DNA of 62,758 nucleotides, filler included, from Stramenopiles sp. TOSAG23-2 (taxonomy: Eukaryota), in assembly GCA_900128395.1 (NCBI GenBank). It is 15 parts of 15 records of this genome, joined end to end, with 100 filler letters (N's around TTAATTAATTAA, not from the genome) between each part and the next. Parts side by side here need not be neighbours in the genome. Positions count along the whole stretch, not along the records: positions 9,297 to 13,841 come from LT650866.1; positions 13,942 to 18,482 come from LT650867.1; positions 18,583 to 23,121 come from LT650868.1; 12 more parts are not named here. One strand, written 5' to 3'. The number at the start of each line of letters is the position of its first letter. The stretch's first letter is position 1. The notes below the pieces were generated by a model, which was given only the letters and a program-made list of their open reading frames with translations, had not been told where the DNA came from and did no database searches. Positions 11,702 to 23,221 of the stretch are shown piece by piece. The position numbers and the translations under genes are program-made.

Positions 11702-13841
11702 TTAATAATCGTAAACTGACACCGTGTCCTGATCCTTGTGTACTTCCTCCTCCTTATCATCAACATCCAAAAAATATAAAAGCTGTAAAAATACCAGAAT
11801 AAAAAATTCAAAGATTTCTTCTATATTATTGCTAGTAGTATTAACTTTTAATGTTACATAATCAACCATCCCATCTCTCATTTCCTTTGCAGCCCTGCGT
11901 CTACGTCTTAATACTCTTGCTTTTTCACTATCTTCATCATCTGAGGAATCACTACCATCTTCACCTAAATCTTTAGATGCATCAATTAACTTCGTTGCTC
12001 GCTCACGTTCGATAACTTGTAAAACAAGCAAGCGGTCTAACTCTCGTTCAAGATCGGCTCTTAAGACATCAACTGGAAATTTTTGAGGAACGGAATGCAT
12101 GACGGCTGATTTCATATGATCCTGTGCACACATATACGCAAGGTCTAACTCNNNNNNNNNNNNNNNNNNNNNNNNNNNNNNNNNNNNNNNNNNNNNNNNN
12201 NNNNNNNNNGATCAATGTCTAGATCGATTGGAGTTGCTACAACATCATGATTAATCAACGGTCCCGGTTTCCCTCTACGGTCGTATGACGTCGAGCCTAA
12301 ATGAATTGGAGGTGGCTTGTACTTTTGCAAAATTTGAACAACACGTTGAAGTCGTTCATCCAGTGTCTCAATATGCTTAGGATCCTTTTCACATTTCTTC
12401 ATTAATACTTGCAATTCATATTGTTTGACGGTTAAATCAGGAGGCTTTTCATACTTGAACCAATGTTCATCAGTCTTTGATAAACCATGGGTATCTTGCT
12501 CATATTGAATTTGAGATTCTAATATAGCTTTTGGGGTTGGTCCAAGTACAACTACATGGTGTTCGCCAGTAACATCACGGCCTAAATGTACTTTACCCCC
12601 TGTGCCCGTATTCACATCTTCCTCTTCTTTTTTGCGCTCATCCTTCATAATTATATCATCACCAACAATCATTTTATGAACTTCAGCGGATGCATCATGC
12701 TTCAACCCGGGATTCATTGCATGACCTTGATCACCAGTGCCTACGATTGAATCGACTCCCGCCCATTTATCAGCTTTGTAAACACTTGGATACCAAGTTG
12801 GATGCAACACATGGTCGTACACTAGGAATTCTTTCTCCTCGGAAGTTAATCGTTTCGCATGTTTGCCCCCTTTGAATACTTTATCACGTATATCTTGGCC
12901 ATGATCAGGGCCAATATTTGCTAAACTGCGATCGTGATATTTATTTATTAACTTTCTAATTTTTGCTTCTTTAACAGTTAAATCATCGACACTAGCCTTC
13001 ATTATTCGAAGGATATCATCTCTAGAAACATCGGCAACAAACCTTTTCTTTCGTTCTTTCTTTTTCCCTTTGGAATTTTTTTTCCCATTTTTCATCCGTT
13101 GCAATTGTGATTCGTCTGAATCGATACTTTCGTCACCACTTTTCTCTTCGTCTTCATCTTCTTCATCCTCCTCCTCAGTTTCTGATTCACCGGAGCTATA
13201 TTCCTCCCAATCAAACGGATTATAGACTCTGTCATAAGCCACCCAACGATATTCTTCCTCGGTTATTTTACCAAAACCTGCCTTCGGGTAATGCTGTGCC
13301 TTTCTTCTTAACTTTTGTGCAGGAGTTAACATATGACTTAAAGCTGCAACTTCCAATTTTGCCCTTCCTCCCATATTAGCATGTAGGTGATCAGAAGGTA
13401 CGAAACGTGCATTGATTTTACCGGCAAATTCAGCAGCAGCGGACAAACTGATAGCGCTAGCAGTGCCTTTAGGTAAATATCGACGTTGGAATCCCAGAAA
13501 TTCATCTATAACCTTTAATTCGTCTTCGCGATCCCGTTTTAATTCCGCCATGCGTACTAATCCGTCCATAATATCACGCAATTCCTGTTTCCTCGTCATA
13601 GCTTTTTTCACCGCTCCACTAAATTCAAGTTCTTTGCGACCAATTGCCATATCTATTTCTTTCACTTCATCTTCCGTTAACCCATCATTATTTTCGTCAA
13701 ACTCCAAACTCTTATTTAAAGTGTCAATTTGTCCTTGTATTTTTTCACACTCTTCTTCTGCATCAGCAATTAAACCTTCGACCAACTTGTATTTACGCTC
13801 ACTCAGGCGAATACTCATTAATAAATCATACAGCTCCTGTT
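11702..13841 (-). CDS. Large hypothetical coiled-coil protein, 5'-partial, spanning an internal N-gap (12152-12209)
   Basis: 557-aa and 143-aa ORFs either side of a scaffold gap; coiled-coil, acidic and basic tracts; repeated EE-x-W/F-x-x-YD-x-V-x-x-P-x-x-W/Y motif. Confidence 0.65.
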
Positions 13842-13941
13842 NNNNNNNNNNNNNNNNNNNNNNNNNNNNNNNNNNNNNNNNNNNNTTAATTAATTAANNN
13901 NNNNNNNNNNNNNNNNNNNNNNNNNNNNNNNNNNNNNNNNN

Positions 13942-16900
13942 TTTAAATACGTATGTTTTGCAGATTTTAATGTATCCAAAAAGTTTCTTTTGCGCATAAA
14001 CGTTGAAGATAATTTCCAGGAATAATTCATCCGTGTTATTTCGGTCAAATTATTGTCTTCCGCTACGTCGTTTTTTTTTCCTGTTACATTATTGGTTATA
14101 AACACTTTCTCTCCACGATATATATCTTTTCGCATAACCAATAATACTATGTCCATTATTACCATTAAAATTTTTGATGGTTTCTTTGTCGTACGCAGTT
14201 GGACTAGAAGTTCAGAAGAAATATCATAAATAGCTTGTGTTGCTGTTTTAAAGTGTTTGATTATTTCTTGTAAGCTTTTGTCTAAAAAATGGAACTTTTC
14301 TTTTAGTTCGTTGCTTTTTTCATTGAAATGCTCTTGCATGGATACTAGATTGTCTTTGTTCAAATTAAAAATTTTTGCCTTTTGCTTCCATTCTTTCTGC
14401 TGCTTCACCAAGAGTGATTTTTTCTTGTTTGTATCACTGTACATTGTTACCATGGTTTTGCTTGCCTTTTTTACGAAGTTTTCCACTTTTGCAATTTCTT
14501 CAATTGCTAATGATGTTTCCTTCAGAGCTTTTGCTAGTTCACTAGATCTTTGAGTATATAAAAATTCAAAAAGTTTCAAAGCGTTTAGGAATGTTCTGGT
14601 ACTATATTGTGAACACACATTGCTATTTTTTGACAATTGAAGTTTTGAATAGGAAATATGTGCATCTGCTATGTAAGACAATACTTTATTTTGGTTGTTT
14701 GCTTCAAAAAATGGTACATAGTTCCTACCAATCTCTTTGTACATTTCATGTGACCAGTTTCTTATGTAGAAATTTTCAAACTTGTCTTTAATGTTCCCAT
14801 ACTTTACAAGAAGCCCCGACTCTTCTAAATAGCTCGGTGTCACAGATGAAATGACTTTAAAATTACGCTGAAATTTTTGAGTAATCACTTGATGCGTTTT
14901 AACTGGTTCAAATGCCACATTTTCCCATCCTAGTAACACATGTGCTTCATTTAAAGTGTATAGCTCAAAGTCGTGTTTGAACGATGATAAAACATTTATA
15001 TATTTCCAAATTAATTTTTGATGTTGCTTGTTGAGATTAGAACAGTATCTATGAGATACAATTAAACAAATTTTTTTGTCATCAACAACGACTTTTCTCC
15101 ATATTGATCTGAATTCATTGGTTATCATCTCTGTTGTATAATTTATCGTTAAATATACATTCGGTTGAAATATATACTCTAAATAACCCACATTAAAAGC
15201 TGCTATGCGAGAGCAAAGGTGTTTCCCAACTCCTCGCTCCCCAACAACAAGAGCATGCCTTCCTGGAGTTAATATTGTACGGGAAAGCCACTTAATACTC
15301 TTCTTTGAAACTTTGATCATAATCATACTCCGTAGAACGATACAACATTACCCTTTCGCATTCATGAACCCATAACTTAGTTAACTGATCTTTTGATTCT
15401 ATCTTAGTCGCGTTTGATTCAAACATCCCCGTCACAACACGAATCATCTCACGATGTGTAAATTTAAATTTAATGATATCTGATAACTTATCGCATAAAT
15501 CGACAGTTGCATCGACAAAGTCATGACCAGCAGATAAATCTTTGTCTTTTTTATACCAGTCACGTATAGGAATTTTATATTCCCTAGCCTGAAAATTTAA
15601 AATTTCCTGCAATATAGCGGCACTATTCCTTTTGGAAACATCATCAATAGTAACACATCCAAGCTTTGATAAATATCGATATGATATTTCATTATCGGTA
15701 TCGAAGGGACGATTTGCAAGTGTTGCAAGGCATGACATCTTCTTGTATTGATTGATTTCACTTTTCTTAGTAAAATTATATAGTCCACCTAAGTGGTTAC
15801 ATTGTCTTAAAAGATCGAGAACAGGTATAACACCATAGGAATCACGTTCTGCAAAGTGCATATCGTCAAGTAGTATAAAAATCTTTCTTGCTTTCGGTTT
15901 AAAAATATTATACATAACTTTTTCCATAGAAGCTTCCATTACAAGTTGGACCACATTGCATTGCAATTGTGGCGATACATATATTTCATGAAATGTTGCA
16001 TCTTTCTCATAGATTTTCATAGATTTTATTAACATTGTTTTTCCTACCCCCTCAGGCCCTGATAATAGTGAATATTTTCCCATATCAGAATAATGTGAAA
16101 TCATTTCAATCACACTTTGTGTCGTCGAAGTCGGAACAAATAACGTATCTCCATTTGAAATTACCGGCTGTTTGATAAGATCCTCCCATTGCACCCATAC
16201 AAACTTTTCTTCCGTATTTTTAAATAGGATTGTATATGAATATAAAGAGATTTCCTTGTTATTATAATTCCCTATTGGCAGTTTCATTGGAGAAGTTAAA
16301 GTTGCCGAGTTTGCTTCAATCATTGAAGAAAAAATGTTCCGATTTTCTGTATCTAATACCCCACCAAAACCATATGTAAGAGAATATAGTATAATTTTAT
16401 CCCAGCAATCATAGTAGCCATCATTACATTCTGGTACCTCTGCGCATTTAAGATAAATTAAAAGAGAATCAAAAAGCGCAAGTGAATTTCGCATTAATTC
16501 AAGCATTCGATTTGGGTTGGAACTGTTATCAATTGTTACAAATGCACTGACATGTATTGGCATGTAAGACATCAACCTTTCTCTAATATAGTTTAAATGG
16601 AGTTTCTTTCTTTGCATTGAATTGGCATCTTCAGCTACGTTAAATAGGATTGAAGTATTATTAATTTTATTCTTAATCCATTGCTTGATGTAAATTTCAG
16701 ATGAGATAACTGGTTTATATGCAAGTGATAGCTTCAAAACACCAACTCGAGAAACAAAAGCAGGAGATTCATATGAAAGAGAATCTGTCTCAAATAAAAA
16801 TTTTATACTGTTCCTAGGCACATTTAAAGATTCCCCCGAAGATAAAGGTAGAGTGTTGCTATCCAAGAGCGGATACAAGCTTTCAGGCCATTTTGGGTTG

Positions 16901-18482
16901 ACACAAGCATCAAAAATTATCCATGTGTATCCATCTCGACATTTACTTAGTCGAATAGCATTTTTAATGACGGCAGATAATAATCCTTCTTCCTCGTTAC
17001 GACCTTCTATGTTGTTATTTGAAGGATTCCCATACAAATCAGCAATTGATGTCGAATCTGGAAAAATTCGATAAGAAGAGCTTTTTGGTAGATTTTTGCG
17101 AAGACGAAGGTTTTCAATAAATGCATTCGCAACTGACGATTTACCCGTATCAGGCTCTCCTAGAATTACTGTTCCTTTATGCTCTTCCGATAAAAATTCT
17201 AATGTGTTAAGTTTCTGTTTAAGATTATCTGTATAATACATCTGCAAGCAGCGCAGAGACTCGTCCATTTTTTGTTCGTTCATTGTATGTTTAAACACGT
17301 CATAGACTTTTATGTCATAAGGTGCCATTGTTAAAGATGACAAAAAATTTTGTAAGGCAGCGAAATCTCTGTCCATCGAATTGCTTTGGATCATTTCAAA
17401 AAACGCTTTAAACATAGAGTGTATTTCATTTTTCTTTGCATTTTCCGCGCTTTTATTATCTGATGCGGCGACCTTGCCACGATACTTTTCATCATAGTGT
17501 CGTTTACCACGTCTTACTAAACCCAGTATATTACCCAACTTAAAATTAAGATACTCGCTGCAACTAGAACTTCTTTCCATAAAATTATATAAACTGGTAA
17601 ATATTATAGAAATTGTTGTATAGTTTTGAAATCCTACCATTAATAAGTAAGTTTGAAGAATAATCTTTTTATGAGGCTGAATCATAGTAAAAGGTCGAAA
17701 AAGTCGCCTTACATGTGAAGGGTATGTTTTTCTGTCTATTTGAGTCAACGATGAAGACATAACGGCGAAAATAGCCCCGTTTGGGTTAAAATTCATAACT
17801 TGTAATTCACCATCAATCTTATGACTGCTTTTTTTTGCCTGCCTTGCTGTTAAAAAATTGTGAGTAATGTTGGAATAAGTCGTTATTAAACCACTATGCA
17901 GTAAATTGAAATCATCAAAAACGATCCAGTTACCCTTTATAGCTAAACCATGCATAGTTTTGATTATTTGTTCTGCTGTAACAGTAGCAGTACATTTAAA
18001 CTCATGCATCTTTCGCCCACAAATTTGAGCCAAGCTCTTTAAACTTTCTGTTTTTCCAATTCCTGCACTACCAAATAGAGAACCGACTGAATTCAACTTT
18101 AATGCTTGAAACATCGAAAAATAACACTTTTCTAATAGTGGCGTAATAACTAAAGTGGATAAATTTCCATTGTAATTAAACTCGTAACTTTCCTTTAATC
18201 CAAATATAGATACTTGAAGCGGGTATTCCCCTGTTTTGAAATTTGTGTCAACTAATGAATTGTTGCTATTATCAATAATCTTCTTTTCCATAGCTATCTC
18301 AAACCTTTCGGCATTGTCAAAAGACCAGTAATATCTATGATGTTTCTGCCATTCAAATGATGTCTCTGTATGGAAACCGATACCATTGCCTACTTCTTGA
18401 AATACATCACGCTGATGCAAATGAGCCAGTAACAAGATTTCACCCTTCACATTTTCGGTCTTATTGCCAGTGACACTATGGT
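13942..18482 (-). CDS. Highly divergent dynein heavy chain fragment (AAA1-AAA4, stalk, MTBD), frame break at about 15292-15326
   Basis: LVITPLLEKCY, AAA1 GSAGIGKTES/WIVFDDFN/LFRPFTM, AAA2 GEPDTGKS/WIIFD, AAA3 GPEGVGKT/LLDDMHF..DSYG..LDLLRQ, LWVHECERV, AAA4 HALVVGERGVGK, stalk coiled coil, MTBD-like LRTTKKPSKILMVIMDIV and SWKLSSTFM..NFL. Both ends are cut by contig edges. Confidence 0.88.
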
Positions 18483-19328
18483 NNNNNNNNNNNNNNNNNN
18501 NNNNNNNNNNNNNNNNNNNNNNNNNNTTAATTAATTAANNNNNNNNNNNNNNNNNNNNNNNNNNNNNNNNNNNNNNNNNNNNCGTTTTTGCAATTTGAGT
18601 GAAAAGAAGCACTTCATTTATTTTTTTAAAATTTTGGGACCTTAAACCACATAATTATGTGGTTCTCACGCTTAGAGGATAAATAATAATATACCAGGTA
18701 ATAATAATAATGATTTTTTTTTGGCACCTCTCCTCTCTTATTTTAAAATTCCTATTTCCAAGAGTGTGTTATGATGTGATCGTATTAATTGGGTAGCTAG
18801 ATGATATGATATACCACGTATTATACCTGGTGGTACTGTACTGTAGCTAACCATTATTATCCAGCAGATACGCACCTACCAGGTACTATAATAGATCTAA
18901 TAAAATAAAAAATAGCTATGGCCAGCTACTATCCTCTTCCAGCCCTAGCCCATTTTTTGTGGCTACTAATCTGATGGGTTCACAGCAATAGAGGCCGAAA
19001 CAGTACGAAAACAATATATATAAATATTTATGCATTGCATGCTTGCCATTTTTGTTAATTTATTATTTAATTAACTTCATACAAATTCTAATACTTGCAA
19101 TTCCTACTCTCCAAATTCCAAAGCATATATACCTTACATATTTTTTCACATCAGTGAGCTCAGTGTAACATGTAATTTGTACAATTGAAAAAGGAATGCT
19201 TGTAAAGGTCTCTGCGTCATTGACTTCTAAATAATTACGAAGCAATTCATATGTCATACGAACAGCATTTTAAAAAATAAAAACGCGGATTTGTGACGTT
19301 TCCTGTTCTACATCTAGATGTTTTGTTT

Positions 19329-22283
19329 TTAACAAAAATCTAATAAAAATTTTAAATCATGTGGTAATAGCTTTTTATTATTGAGATCTTTGCATGCTTT
19401 TTTAAACACTTCTATATTATCGGCATGTTCTAACGATTGTGCTTTGTGCAAGTTTAACTCCAATAATAGTGATTCCTTTTCGCTTACCAGGGCATCATAA
19501 TGTGCCAAAGACAACAAGTCTTTCTTCAAACTCGACAACTGTCGACGCAATGCATTTCTCTCTGTAATTAATTTGTTGTTATTATATTGAATAGCCTTGT
19601 TTTCTTCAGAGACGGTGTCTAATTTAGTAACTATGTCTTCAGTCTTCATATTTGCTTGGCCGAGTAATTTTTTATTGTCCCTTTGCTCTTTTATTAACAA
19701 TATGTTTGCTTCACTTAATTGATTTTGTATTACTGACAATTGCTTAGTAAAATTCTTTTCTTTAGCATGAGATTCAAGTCTCAATTGTTTTAATTGTTCT
19801 TTAAGCACATCATTATCACGAAGTATTTTTTTGTGTGTTGAAGTAAGTTCACCTACTAGGCGTTGGTGACGGCTTTCTGTGGCACTAGCTTGAAACTTTT
19901 CTTCTTCCCATGAATTCTTTAATTTCTTAATTGTTAAGTCGAGATCTATTTCTTTCAATTTGTGCAATTTTAGCTTCTCTTTTGCTATACTTGCATCTTT
20001 CATTAATTGTGCCAAACGCTCATCTTTATATAACATATCAATACCATAATTACCATTATTATCATTAACCTTGGAAGAATTTTTTTTCTTTTTGTTGATA
20101 ACCTCTTGATTATTTTTCTTATTAAATGAGTCTCCCATTTCGTCTGTAGCAACAATAGAAGGACTTTGTATTTCGCTTATTGTATCTTCTTTTTTCTCAT
20201 TAATTAATATAGATTTATCTTCTTCGTCGTTATATACACCATTATTGAATTCACTGCCAACACTCTTTGTGCTTAATGATACAGCAGTATCGTCATCTGA
20301 GAAATTATCTTTCAAGGATAAATTGTTGATCTTCCCCTTTAATTGGGCAACTTCTAATACCAAGTCATTTTTTGAAGCATCTGCGATATCAAATGACGCA
20401 CTTAAAACTTCCAATTTTTCATTTAAAGTTTCGACTTTATCTTTTTCGTTTATATATAAACGTTTGACTTCATCTGTCGCAAGATAAGAAATGTCTAATT
20501 CCATTTTTAATGATTGATTGATACTCATTACTCTCTGTAAATTTGATTCTAGCGATTTGACGAAGATGAATTGCTCAATTTCAGCGTCATTATAATTGTA
20601 CGTTAAACCATTGATTTCAACACTATTTCCACTCGTATTAGGAATATCTATCATCAATCTATTCTCTTTATTGCCAATCATTGTAAAATTATTATCATCA
20701 GTATTATTCATTTTGTCACTCGAATTCAATGATTGTGTATAGATCTCCGGCTCCTCGGATGGCATTAATAAGCGAATCAAAGACCTCAATGACTCAACTA
20801 TAATATCCCTTTGAATGTTACTCTTACAAATGATAGTGAAATTCGTTTTATCCCACGCCCAATTTGTAGCTTTTACAGGGTTTAATGCAGTATTTGTATT
20901 TGAACCATTGCAAAATATCAATTGCAATTTTGTGGAAGTTGTGGAATCATATATCACGCAGAAATGTTCTCCGTTTGTAGGGTAAATGTATTTTTTTTTC
21001 TTTGCTGAAACACTTGTAGAAGTATCACCGTTGGTAAGTTGTATAATCAATGATAGACAATCCCTCAAGTCGAACTCTAAATGACAATTTTCGTTATTGA
21101 GAGATTTAATTCCATGAAATGTGCAATATTTTGATTTGACATTATTAACAACTGTAGTTTGTATAGATGTATCTTCTTTTATGGTATATTTCGTTTTTAA
21201 CCATAAAATTCTTCTCTCGTCATCCCCGGTATCGTAATGAGCAGGAATTATTTTTGATTTTGTTATTTCAATACATTTTACACATATTTGGTAACCAATA
21301 TCAGAAAAGTTTGGTTGGTAAGTATAACTTGCACAACCTTCAATTTGCTTAAATTTTTCTTTATCGTTTAAAGCATTTATCCACCATTCAAACTTGAAAT
21401 ATTTCTTAATGTCCCTACTGACCGGAATATTATTGCAACTAATTGATATTTGTGTAGTATGATATTCGTTATTGCTAAATAAGTCTAATTGATCTTTTAA
21501 ATATTCATTTGCCTCAAGTTTACCGTATGCTAGATGATTATTGCAAATATCTTCATCTTTACAGTTGTCTATGGAAATCAGCTTATTGCCCTGTTGCATC
21601 CCTTGTCGATGTTGCGGCGATGTCTCCGGTGTTGTAGTCAGCGAGGATGCTATTGCAGCTTTAGAAATTAAATTTGAACCCCAGCTTCCAATAAAATTGA
21701 ATGCAGCGACTGAATCTTCCACTATTGTTGAGGCAGACGGTCTTCTCCCATTAGGTGATGTGCTATTTCTCGTCTGAGATTCGCCTACTTCAAACTCTTT
21801 CATTCTTTTAAATGAAATTGTCACTTTTGCGCGTCCTATTAATAATGATGAGACTTCTTTTAATGAAAGACCTTTTGTATGCATGTTATTAATCGCCGTT
21901 ATTGTATCACCAATTTCGATACACGACGATGTTTCCGCAGGACCTTTAGTGCCATCTATATTTTTTGGAAATGATAAAACTACTATATCACCTTTTGATT
22001 TATTTGTGCCTAATTTTATTCCAAACCCATCAATCCCACGCTTTAAAGTGCATTGATAATCGTACATATTTTCACCACCCATATATTTATTTCTATTATC
22101 ATTATCATTACCATTATTATAGATATTATTATTATTATTACTATTATTATTATTATTACTATTATTACTATTATTATTATTATTACTATTATTACTATTG
22201 TTATTACTATTCTTACTATTATTACTTAGTGATACCAAATCAATGTCCACATTCATTTTCAATTTATTTTGTTTTGGATCCAT
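19329..22283 (-). CDS. PDZ + Ig-like (AIR9/SCAB-type) + PH-like + coiled-coil protein with poly-Asn
   Basis: PDZ motif LKRGIDGFGIKLG...IEIGDTITAINN...VTISFKR; FEWW...IEGCASYTYQPNFSDIGYQICVKC (A9/SCAB Ig-like); long C-terminal heptads. First ATG at 22283 (the ORF-track start at 22352 is GTG). Confidence 0.75.
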   Translation of the reverse strand: MDPKQNKLKMNVDIDLVSLSNNSKNSNNNSNNSNNNNNSNNSNNNNNSNNNNNIYNNGNDNDNRNKYMGGENMYDYQCTLKRGIDGFGIKLGTNKSKGDIVVLSFPKNIDGTKGPAETSSCIEIGDTITAINNMHTKGLSLKEVSSLLIGRAKVTISFKRMKEFEVGESQTRNSTSPNGRRPSASTIVEDSVAAFNFIGSWGSNLISKAAIASSLTTTPETSPQHRQGMQQGNKLISIDNCKDEDICNNHLAYGKLEANEYLKDQLDLFSNNEYHTTQISISCNNIPVSRDIKKYFKFEWWINALNDKEKFKQIEGCASYTYQPNFSDIGYQICVKCIEITKSKIIPAHYDTGDDERRILWLKTKYTIKEDTSIQTTVVNNVKSKYCTFHGIKSLNNENCHLEFDLRDCLSLIIQLTNGDTSTSVSAKKKKYIYPTNGEHFCVIYDSTTSTKLQLIFCNGSNTNTALNPVKATNWAWDKTNFTIICKSNIQRDIIVESLRSLIRLLMPSEEPEIYTQSLNSSDKMNNTDDNNFTMIGNKENRLMIDIPNTSGNSVEINGLTYNYNDAEIEQFIFVKSLESNLQRVMSINQSLKMELDISYLATDEVKRLYINEKDKVETLNEKLEVLSASFDIADASKNDLVLEVAQLKGKINNLSLKDNFSDDDTAVSLSTKSVGSEFNNGVYNDEEDKSILINEKKEDTISEIQSPSIVATDEMGDSFNKKNNQEVINKKKKNSSKVNDNNGNYGIDMLYKDERLAQLMKDASIAKEKLKLHKLKEIDLDLTIKKLKNSWEEEKFQASATESRHQRLVGELTSTHKKILRDNDVLKEQLKQLRLESHAKEKNFTKQLSVIQNQLSEANILLIKEQRDNKKLLGQANMKTEDIVTKLDTVSEENKAIQYNNNKLITERNALRRQLSSLKKDLLSLAHYDALVSEKESLLLELNLHKAQSLEHADNIEVFKKACKDLNNKKLLPHDLKFLLDFC
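22100..22225. repeat. (ATT/ACT)n trinucleotide microsatellite encoding poly-Asn/Ser
   Basis: Seen directly; in frame in the PDZ protein as NNNSNNSNNNN. Confidence 0.9.
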
Positions 22284-23221
22284 TTCTGAATGTTCGTAGA
22301 AAGGGGTGCAAGTTTTGATGATGGTATTTATTGGTGATGGTGATGTGACCACTCTCTTTCAATTGACAGCGTTTTAGTTAATTTTCCATAAATTATTATT
22401 CAATAAAATAAAAACAAATTAAATAGCTATATATTTTTAATTGAATTATTAAGTTAATTATTATTAGAAGAAATTTTTGTTGTGAGTAGTAGGTGTGCCA
22501 GTACAGTAGTGTGCTGGTGTGCTAGTCTGCGTCGTCTGACGACTCTTTCCGTATGCAAGAGGTGTAGTGTAAATGTATCCGCTCCTCATTTGTCATACCA
22601 GGTTAAGGTATATTTCGACTTGCACAAAATGCACAAAATTTACAGAGAAATTTATGAAAACGGACACAATCTATTTTTGCTGAGAGATTTAAGTTTTTTT
22701 TAATACCAGGTATGGACACAGCATTGTGAAAATCTCCTTTTCTTCTTCATCAGGATGATAAAAAATATAAATGTGACATTATTATATATTATATAGACTA
22801 TGTATATCGATATATATATCCAACCAAACATATGATATATATATACAGAGAAAGAGATATATGTTTGAGTCAATATGATGCTCTAATATCGTCTCACCAT
22901 TATTATATATAAATATATATTATTATAAATACATATCCTCTTCTAATATTTATTTCACCCGATGTGTGTTTTACAAAGAATAATGTGTTTATTATAAAAT
23001 ATATTCCATATTGTTGTGATGTGATGTGTGTGATGTGGTGTGCCAGGTGTGTGCCTGTTGCTCTTTGAGTGTAGTGCAGCGGAATCCTGAAAAATATCCT
23101 TAATCCCCAAGCTCACTTGGGNNNNNNNNNNNNNNNNNNNNNNNNNNNNNNNNNNNNNNNNNNNNTTAATTAATTAANNNNNNNNNNNNNNNNNNNNNNN
23201 NNNNNNNNNNNNNNNNNNNNN

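Noticed and set aside
19063-19257. 64-aa ORF downstream of the PDZ gene
   Set aside because: Short, with no recognisable motif; cannot be supported as a gene.
21965-22318. Poly-Tyr ORF
   Set aside because: Opposite-strand reading of the poly-Asn microsatellite.
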